In this document: in pieces, positions 57,292-64,000 of the stretch
How the letters are laid out: each line of letters starts with the position of its first letter
How positions within the stretch are numbered: the stretch's first letter is position 1
Assembly: GCA_041645165.1 (NCBI GenBank)
Contig: JBAZQN010000006.1
Coordinates: forward strand, 4,933-68,932
Reading direction: 5' to 3'
Source of the DNA: Patescibacteria group bacterium
Lineage (GTDB): Bacteria; Patescibacteriota; Patescibacteriia; 2-02-FULL-49-11
Length of the DNA stretch: 64,000 nt
Notes under the pieces: generated by a model
The model's input: the letters and a program-made list of their open reading frames with translations, nothing else
Database searches by the model: none
Told to the model about the DNA's origin: nothing
Translations under genes and position numbers: made by a program

Positions 57292-58887
57292 ATGAACACC
57301 AAATACTTTTTATACGCTCGCAAATCAACCGAAGACGAAGAACGGCAAGTGATGAGTATTGAAGCGCAGCTTACGGAGTTGGCTGAATTTGCCAAGCGAG
57401 AAAATATTGAAATTGCCGAAACATTTATTGAATCAAAAAGCGCAAAGAAGCCAGGGCGAGAAGTGTTTAACGAGATGATGAGCAGAGTTCAGGAAAGTAA
57501 AACTACGGTGGGACTTCTCGCGTGGCACCCGGATCGTCTCGCCCGCAACAGCGTTGATGGCGGTTTGATAATTTACTCCATAGACACCGCCAAAATCGCT
57601 TCTTTGCGCTTTCCCACATTTTGGTTTGAGCCAACTCCGCAAGGGCTTTTTATGCTCCAAGTCGCCTTTGGCCAATCAAAATATTATTCCGACAATTTGT
57701 CGGAAAATGTAAAGCGCGGGATTCGCCAAAAACTCAGGCGGGGGGAGTGGCCCGGCCTTGCGCCGTTTGGGTATGTGAACAATCCGAAAACACGAACGAT
57801 TGAGCCAGACCCAACAAAAGCGAGAGTTATCAAAAAAGCGTTTGAAGAATACGCGCAAGGCCGTCATACACTTTTGTCTTTAGGTGAACGCCTGAGTTTT
57901 TGGGGCGTGGTGAGCGGAACCGGAAAACCGCTTTGCAAAGCAACGCTCCAACGAATGCTTACCAATAAAGCGCATCTCGGTTTAATTGTCCATAACGACG
58001 AAACTTACGAGGGCGGTTTTCCAGCAATTGTTTCCAGAGCGACTTTTGAGAAAGTGCAGGAAGTGTTAAAGAGCCGAGCCAAGCCGCGTCATTCTAAAAA
58101 GCGGCATAACTTCCCATTTACCGGACTGCTTACTTGCGGCGAGTGCGGCGCGGCTATTACGGCACAATACGCGCATGGACACGGTGGAACTTACAAATAC
58201 TATCGTTGCACCAAACGGCTTGGCTCGTGTTCGCAAAGTTATTTGCGCGAGGACTTACTCACCGAACAACTGAAAATAGAAATCTCAAAAGTCGCTCTCT
58301 GCGAAGACTCGAAAGAAAAGATGCTGGCGCAAGTGGAAGTGTGGGAAAAAGAAAATATCCAGTCTTCGCAATCTTTCGCCCAAAATTTGGAAAAGGAAAT
58401 CAAGGAAACCGAACAAAAACTTGATAGATTGGTAAACGCCTTTTTGGACGGAAGCATAGAAAAAGAAACCTACCTTACCAAAAAGGATGAACTCATCACA
58501 ACCAAAACAGACCTCCAGCAAAGGAAGTCTGATTTTGGGCGAAAGGGAAACAATTGGATCGAACCTTTGCGCGAATGGATTTTAGCCGCTCACCACGCGG
58601 AAAAACTGGCTTCGTCAAACGAATTTGATGAAATCAAATCGTTTGTTGAAAAAATTGGAACGAACCGCCGCCTGCTCTCCAAAAAAGTCGGCTGGGATTG
58701 GTCGGGCGAATGGCGGATTGTGGCGGAAAATCAGAATAAAATCCCCCCAGCGCGCGAGCGAAGCGAGCGCGTACCTTCTTCCGAAAACTGTCAATGTCTA
58801 ACTTGGTCGGGGCGGGGAGAATCGAACTCCCGCTACAAGCACCCCATGCTCGCGTACTACCATTATACTACGCCCCGTAAATTGTAG
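57292..58887 (+). CDS. large serine recombinase (resolvase, recombinase and Zn-ribbon domains)
   Basis: YARKS, DRLAR, CGECG..YYRC; 3' end reads antisense through tRNA-Pro. Confidence 0.95.
   Translation: MNTKYFLYARKSTEDEERQVMSIEAQLTELAEFAKRENIEIAETFIESKSAKKPGREVFNEMMSRVQESKTTVGLLAWHPDRLARNSVDGGLIIYSIDTAKIASLRFPTFWFEPTPQGLFMLQVAFGQSKYYSDNLSENVKRGIRQKLRRGEWPGLAPFGYVNNPKTRTIEPDPTKARVIKKAFEEYAQGRHTLLSLGERLSFWGVVSGTGKPLCKATLQRMLTNKAHLGLIVHNDETYEGGFPAIVSRATFEKVQEVLKSRAKPRHSKKRHNFPFTGLLTCGECGAAITAQYAHGHGGTYKYYRCTKRLGSCSQSYLREDLLTEQLKIEISKVALCEDSKEKMLAQVEVWEKENIQSSQSFAQNLEKEIKETEQKLDRLVNAFLDGSIEKETYLTKKDELITTKTDLQQRKSDFGRKGNNWIEPLREWILAAHHAEKLASSNEFDEIKSFVEKIGTNRRLLSKKVGWDWSGEWRIVAENQNKIPPARERSERVPSSENCQCLTWSGRGESNSRYKHPMLAYYHYTTPRKL
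58804..58877 (-). tRNA. tRNA-Pro(GGG)
   Basis: CGGGGCG...CGCCCCGACCA, loop ATGGGGT. Confidence 0.9.
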
Positions 58888-59035
58888 CCCCGAAATCTAC
58901 TTCGGGGCCATGCATGCCTAACTACCGCCTTGATATCACACTGTGATATCAAGACCTACACCCCGTCAAATTGTAGTCTCGAAAACTAAACTACTCAATG
59001 ACTTTATGACTTATTGACTTATTGACTAACACAAA

Positions 59036-59268
59036 TGGCTCCAAAGGCTATTAGTAGGCAAGTCAGTCCCTCGCAAGTCAATCGGGCCACGTCTTCCATC
59101 AGCTGGCCTCGCACGAGGCTCGGTCAATCCGATACAAGATTCTCTCCCAAAGGAGAAAGGCCGCTGGTTGCTCTCAACCCGATACCGCAGTATCAAGGAA
59201 ATCAAGCTGACCGACGAAAATTACTTGACGAACCACTTAATCCTACTTATGAGCGCTAAAAGGAGCCA
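59036..59268 (-). ncRNA. candidate rod-shaped ncRNA (about 230 nt, 6S-like possible)
   Basis: End pairing TGGCTCC/GGAGCCA, nested AGTAGG/CCTACT and TCAGCT/AGCTGA; extended -10 TGGTATAAT just upstream. Confidence 0.5.
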
Positions 59269-59673
59269 CCTCTATTATACCACACCGTCAAGGCTCTTCA
59301 AGGTAAACAATTCCCTCAAACTCCAGCTTCGTAAGGTAGAGAAAATGTCCCCTCCTCTACGAAGGACTGCACTGCGAGTCAGAAGCGGTGCAGAGGGAGG
59401 TCTCCTGGGGATAACTGGACTGGACACCTTACTCACTATCCCCTACCATAGAAATACTATATGCAAATAACACCCAACCAAACCATGAAGATGAACAAGA
59501 TGAAGATGTCCTACCCTCAAGGGACTGGTTGGTGTTATGCATAAGGTTTAAATAAAAATTAGGAATACACCTCCAGCCCCAGAGCTGGTTTTTTTGTTTT
59601 TACATAATCACAGAAGCCAGTTTAGGCCATTGATACGCCAAAAACACAAAACGTTCATTGACAAGGAGAAGGA

Positions 59674-60129
59674 ATGAAAAAAGTTATTACATGGGTGATA
59701 GGATTTATCCTTTCACCTCTAAGCTTTTGGAACGATTTATTTATAAACGTTCCAATAAGCTGGTTCGTTGCTTGGCCGGCGGCACTCATATATCGGCCTG
59801 CATTCCCATTCGTATTTTCGGTTGCATATATCGCGACCAACGTGCTGGGAATGCGCATGATGGACACGGCGGTCCATCAAAAAAACAATGGCGTTGTTAC
59901 ATGGGCCAACGCCATCGGCTGTGTGGTGTTACTCGCAGCCGCCAGCTTGGGCTGGATCCCGCTTCCGTTACTCTTTGTCACTGCTTGTGTGGTGGCAAAT
60001 ATGATCGGCGCGATCATTTACCAGATCGCGGGAAATAAAAAGAGGGTCGAACTGTGCATGACCCTTGTTTACACCGCTCTTATAGTAGGAGCGGTATTCA
60101 TGGAATGGATTCCAATACCCACTCCTTAA
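59674..60129 (+). CDS. hypothetical membrane protein
   Basis: 151 aa, GFILSPLSFWNDLFINVP, several TMs. Confidence 0.7.
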   Translation: MKKVITWVIGFILSPLSFWNDLFINVPISWFVAWPAALIYRPAFPFVFSVAYIATNVLGMRMMDTAVHQKNNGVVTWANAIGCVVLLAAASLGWIPLPLLFVTACVVANMIGAIIYQIAGNKKRVELCMTLVYTALIVGAVFMEWIPIPTP

Positions 60130-60269
60130 AGGCATGACTGATACTTCAAGTCATGCCTTCTGCTTTATGCAAAACTCATAATACGCTGTTTTCGTTCCCG
60201 TAAAGCGCAATTATTTTCACGATCGTGAAAATAATGTCCCTTATGTTACCGCAACGCATTCCATGTATC

Positions 60270-61130
60270 TCATGTTAACACATCAAGTAACACGTGCGGA
60301 ATCTCATCAATCACATCCGTGGCAAGAAGCCCTTCGCCTTTCAAAGCGCCTGCGAGCTCCCCTGCCTTTCCTGATATCCAGCAGCCTGCTTGCGCGGCAA
60401 TGAATGGCGTTGCTCCGCGCGCGAGGAGCGCGCCGATAATGCCTGCGAGCACGTCTCCAGTGCCGCCCTTTGTCATGAAGGGTGTGCCTGTGGAATTCAC
60501 TGCCACTTCCTGTCCGTCAGAAATAATATCCTTATTTCCTTTGAGTACCACGACGCAGCCCAGCGTTCGCGCTGCCTGCTTCACGATTTCTATCCGTTCT
60601 TCAAATGGCTTCATGGCAGGATCAATGCCGGTAAGCGCAAAAAATTCTCCTGCGTGCGGGGTAAAGACAAATGGTTTGCCCTTCATCTCTTCAAAATCAA
60701 TTTTCCTCAACGCACGTATGGCATCCGCGTCAATGACCGCGGGCATGGTGCATTCTTTCATAATCTTCAACAGCGCATCGAACGTACCCTCCTCCCTTCC
60801 CGCGCCATTTCCAATGACCATGGCCGTTTTATGTGTCACAAGTTCCCGCATCTTCGGCAAATGCCGATTGGAAATCGCGTCGCCATCAAGCGGCCACGTA
60901 ACCAGATTGGGATTCGCGCCTGCCGCAGCGTCTGCCGCCCGCTGCGGTGCAACAATGGTTGCTAAATCACATCCTGCCCTCATTGCCGCCAGCGCCACCA
61001 GCTGCGGCGCGCCGGTATAGTGCACTGACCCACCTACGACCAAAAGATGGCCATAGTCGTATTTCTTGGCATCCAAAGGACGGGGCTTGTAAATAGAACG
61101 TATCAACTCTGCAGATATTACAAATGCCAT
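60270..61130 (-). CDS. nnrD: ADP-dependent NAD(P)H-hydrate dehydratase
   Basis: VVGGS..YTGAP, VIDADA, TPHAGEF, GGTGDVLAG. Confidence 0.93.
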   Translation of the reverse strand: MAFVISAELIRSIYKPRPLDAKKYDYGHLLVVGGSVHYTGAPQLVALAAMRAGCDLATIVAPQRAADAAAGANPNLVTWPLDGDAISNRHLPKMRELVTHKTAMVIGNGAGREEGTFDALLKIMKECTMPAVIDADAIRALRKIDFEEMKGKPFVFTPHAGEFFALTGIDPAMKPFEERIEIVKQAARTLGCVVVLKGNKDIISDGQEVAVNSTGTPFMTKGGTGDVLAGIIGALLARGATPFIAAQAGCWISGKAGELAGALKGEGLLATDVIDEIPHVLLDVLT

Positions 61131-61136
61131 AAATTA

Positions 61137-61265
61137 TGAAATCCTAAACACTAAACTCTAAACCCTAAACAAATCTAAAATCCAAATATCAAAATCCAAA
61201 ATGTAAATGTAAAATCTATAAATTTTAATCTATCATTTTGATTTTTGCATTTTGGATTTTACATT
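61137..61265. repeat. heptamer-repeat hairpin between ndk and nnrD
   Basis: taaacac/taaactc/taaaccc versus ttttgat/ttttgca. Confidence 0.7.
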
Positions 61266-61329
61266 CCTCCCCGATAAAACAAAACCTCCCCGTTAAAATC
61301 GAGGAAGTTGCAAACATATTAACTCAGGA

Positions 61330-61920
61330 TTAGAACATAATATCTTCCTCTGCCCGCTTGTAGTCGTGGAGGTCTTCCGGAGAAAACCAGTATTCGATTT
61401 CATGCGCCGCTTCTTTGGGAGTTTCCGAGGCGTGTACGAGATTGTGGATTCCCCTCCGGTCGCGGTTTGCGGCGGCTGGCGAGTCCACCGAATAATCGCC
61501 GCGGATTGTGCCCATCTCCGCCTTGTTGGGCAGGGTGTGCCCGCACACTTTGCGCACCATATCTATCGCATGAATTCCTTCAATGACCATCTTCACCAAC
61601 GGCCCTTCGGTCATATAGTCAAGCAGCCACCCGCGCACCATTTTGCCGATCTCTTTGGGTTCCCCCGTGCCCAACTCTTTCACTGGATCAAGGCCGTAAT
61701 GAGAGTACGTATCAAGTGTTTTGTGTCCCAAACGTTCTACCCAAGTGTCATCCTTCGGATAATGCCCATCAATCTGTTCACGGGTTGCAGTAAACATTTT
61801 AAGCGCCACGATTTTTAAACCACGCTGCTCAAAGCGCTTCATCACCTCGCCCACCAATCCGCGCTTCACGCCGTCTGGTTTGACCATCACATAAGTTCGT
61901 TCTTGTTTGGGGTGAATCAT
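61330..61920 (-). CDS. ndk: nucleoside diphosphate kinase
   Basis: ERTYVMVKPDGV.RGLVG, GTIRGD, NLVHAS. Confidence 0.95.
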   Translation of the reverse strand: MIHPKQERTYVMVKPDGVKRGLVGEVMKRFEQRGLKIVALKMFTATREQIDGHYPKDDTWVERLGHKTLDTYSHYGLDPVKELGTGEPKEIGKMVRGWLLDYMTEGPLVKMVIEGIHAIDMVRKVCGHTLPNKAEMGTIRGDYSVDSPAAANRDRRGIHNLVHASETPKEAAHEIEYWFSPEDLHDYKRAEEDIMF

Positions 61921-62029
61921 AGTGGAGAATCTAGAAGCTGCCCGATCATCCGATCGGGCATCCGGTCGAATGACCGGATGAATCTAGAATAAGGATAGCA
62001 TAAAAAAGAAAAAGGATGCAACGTCAAGA

Positions 62030-62432
62030 AAAAATTCAGCCCTGCTACGCAAAGTGGGCTGTACTGTAGAGAGATACTCAGTTGCTTTCCTAGGTTGCGG
62101 TAGCAGGGTCTTTCGACGGGCGGGAGGCACTGGCCCCCCAAATTTTTGCTCCGAACGGAACGGTGGTGCTTGTCAAATAACAGCACCACGGGTGGTCATG
62201 CTCCGTCCGGAGCGCTGCCTCGGCGAATGTTCACATTCACAACAGGTGCACACTAACCTGTTGCATCAACTCCGAGGACAATCTATGTTAAGGCCACATC
62301 CTGCGAGCAAGGGCTCGCAATCTATGGCTCGAATATTCTGGTGGCCACCAGATGACTAACCCTTTACGAACTTTCAGCTCGTCATTGGTGACCCACCAGC
62401 AGTGTTAAGGAGGAGCAAATTTAATTTTATCA
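62030..62432 (-). ncRNA. candidate large multi-stem ncRNA (about 400 nt)
   Basis: TTGACA-16-TAGGAT promoter at 62438-62465; many perfect stems; final CCCTGCTAC/GTAGCAGGG stem and U-rich tail. Confidence 0.45.
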
Positions 62433-62484
62433 TCCCTATCCTAGCATATCCACTTACCTTGTCAAATTCCTTAACCTGACACCC

Positions 62485-64000
62485 TCACCTAACCTCTTCC
62501 TTTCTAGGGAGAGGACCGTATAAACTTAGTCCGTCGCTAGTAAATCTCACATCCCCCCGCACATCCGTGCGGAGCACCGTGGCGCCGGCGCGCTCTAATC
62601 GCTTCACGGTACGCAAGGACGGATGACCGTAAGGATTATCTTTGCCTGCGGATATGACAGCATACTGGGGCGCGACCGCATTAATAAATTCCTCTGAATT
62701 CGCATCCGAGCTTCCGTGATGGCCCACTTTCAGCACATTGCTTTCCAAATCCCACTCACCCGCCGCAAGTATCCCTTCCTCCATTGCAACCGGCGCATCG
62801 CCCATGAAGAGAAATGACGATTCTCCGTAGGCAAAACGCAGGACCACGGAAGTGCCGTTTAACTCTTCAACGCGTATCCCTTCCAAACCCTCCTGCGGCG
62901 CGAGCACACTGAATTCTCCGTTTCCTAATTCAAACGAATCGCCTGAAGCCACAAACTGCACGGGGATATTTCTCCCCCGCACTTCATCTAAAAACGCAAG
63001 ATACTCATCGGTCGTGTGCGCCACGCCTGTCATCACTACTTTTTCCACCTTATAGCGCTTCAACACTTCCACTAAGCCTGTCACGTGATCCGTGTGCGGA
63101 TGAGTAAGCACTACATACTCGATCGTGCGGTCCCACCACGGCAGGGCGCTGCCGAGTTTGCTTAAAATGCCCGCGTCCGGCCCCCCGTCAATGAGCGCTT
63201 GCTGTCCTCGGGGAATATTAATCAACGCCGCGTCTCCCTGCCCGACGTCGAAAAACGTAACCTCCAATTTCTTGCTGCGCAGGTATAAGGGAAAAGAATA
63301 CGCGAGAAACAGAAGGGCTACCGCGCCGATGGCAATAGGGAAGCGATGCGCTTCGATCCCGTGTATTATTTTTTTCCAATAAGGTTCCTGCGCGCGTGCG
63401 GGTTGATCCTTTTTCCCCTTCTCTTCTAACATGATGACCGGTTCGCGGAACAGCGATTCGTCAATCGGCACGAGGGCAATTTCCATTGACTGTGCTGCGA
63501 TCGTTTCTTTCGATTTCATGAGAGAGGGGGCAAAGAAGCGTGCGCGATAGCGCTGTTTAAAATTACCCCAAAGGAGAACCAATAACCTCCTCTGCCACCA
63601 GCCGATGATTGCGAGCGCATACAGCGCGACCACCGCAGTCCACGACCATGAAGGCACCTGCAATGCGGCGCCCGGCACTTGAGCGAGTGCGTGCGCAACC
63701 GCAAGAAACGCATGCGCCATAACCCACACCATCGCGCCTACCGCTTCTCCCGCAAGAGGAAACACGCCTACGATGCCTGCGATGAATCCAATCGCCATCA
63801 AGAATGGCACCCATGGCACGAGCATGAGATTCGCAATCGGAGATATGACGGACACTCGGTCAAAACTGCCTACCAAGAGCGGCAAGGTGGTCACCTGCGC
63901 GGCTAAGGTCAGCGCAATGATTTCGCGCAATTTCCATCGCTCGGGGATAAAGGCGAGACGGCGCATGAGATGAGGGCTCACTAAGAGAATACCCACAGTC
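62485..64000 (-). CDS. comEC: ComEC/Rec2 competence protein with MBL domain (5' truncated by window)
   Basis: S..ANL..VP, FDVGQGDA, THPHTDH, KVGHHGS, NPYGHP. Confidence 0.9.
   Translation of the reverse strand, partial: TVGILLVSPHLMRRLAFIPERWKLREIIALTLAAQVTTLPLLVGSFDRVSVISPIANLMLVPWVPFLMAIGFIAGIVGVFPLAGEAVGAMVWVMAHAFLAVAHALAQVPGAALQVPSWSWTAVVALYALAIIGWWQRRLLVLLWGNFKQRYRARFFAPSLMKSKETIAAQSMEIALVPIDESLFREPVIMLEEKGKKDQPARAQEPYWKKIIHGIEAHRFPIAIGAVALLFLAYSFPLYLRSKKLEVTFFDVGQGDAALINIPRGQQALIDGGPDAGILSKLGSALPWWDRTIEYVVLTHPHTDHVTGLVEVLKRYKVEKVVMTGVAHTTDEYLAFLDEVRGRNIPVQFVASGDSFELGNGEFSVLAPQEGLEGIRVEELNGTSVVLRFAYGESSFLFMGDAPVAMEEGILAAGEWDLESNVLKVGHHGSSDANSEEFINAVAPQYAVISAGKDNPYGHPSLRTVKRLERAGATVLRTDVRGDVRFTSDGLSLYGPLPRKEEVR

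Noticed and set aside
56573-57295. 240-aa ORF upstream of the recombinase
   Set aside because: Low-complexity translation across GC palindromes and the inverted repeat; no recognisable domain

Overview
Chromosomal window of a reduced-genome bacterium, most likely Patescibacteria/CPR (inference from gene content, lack of Shine-Dalgarno motifs and absence of rpmD). It carries the str-S10-spc ribosomal superoperon (rpsL to map, minus strand), dnaB-ybaB-recR, tdh-kbl, transketolase, a Gld-like ABC system, six tRNAs, a tRNA-Pro-associated large serine recombinase island, nnrD, ndk and comEC. The unusual signal is non-coding. By my count, 22 of 26 gene junctions from rpsL to map carry a hairpin insertion. 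Two families of these (A, 5 copies; B, 5 copies) sit exactly at start codons with the architecture TATG-CCC...GGG-TATG(gene). Their terminal stems pair with G-U wobbles on the mRNA strand and show compensatory changes. One family A copy, at the dnaB start codon, encodes a GIY-YIG nuclease and may be the autonomous form of an undescribed start-codon-targeting element. Other notable items: a recombinase gene flanked by a perfect 149-bp inverted repeat, a 980-bp mini element at tRNA-Lys with a split recombinase C-terminus, AT-rich cassettes flanked by duplicated host-gene ends, in-frame hairpin insertions in transketolase, atypical tRNAs and two or three candidate large structured ncRNAs. All alignments and pairings were done by eye; no database searches were run.
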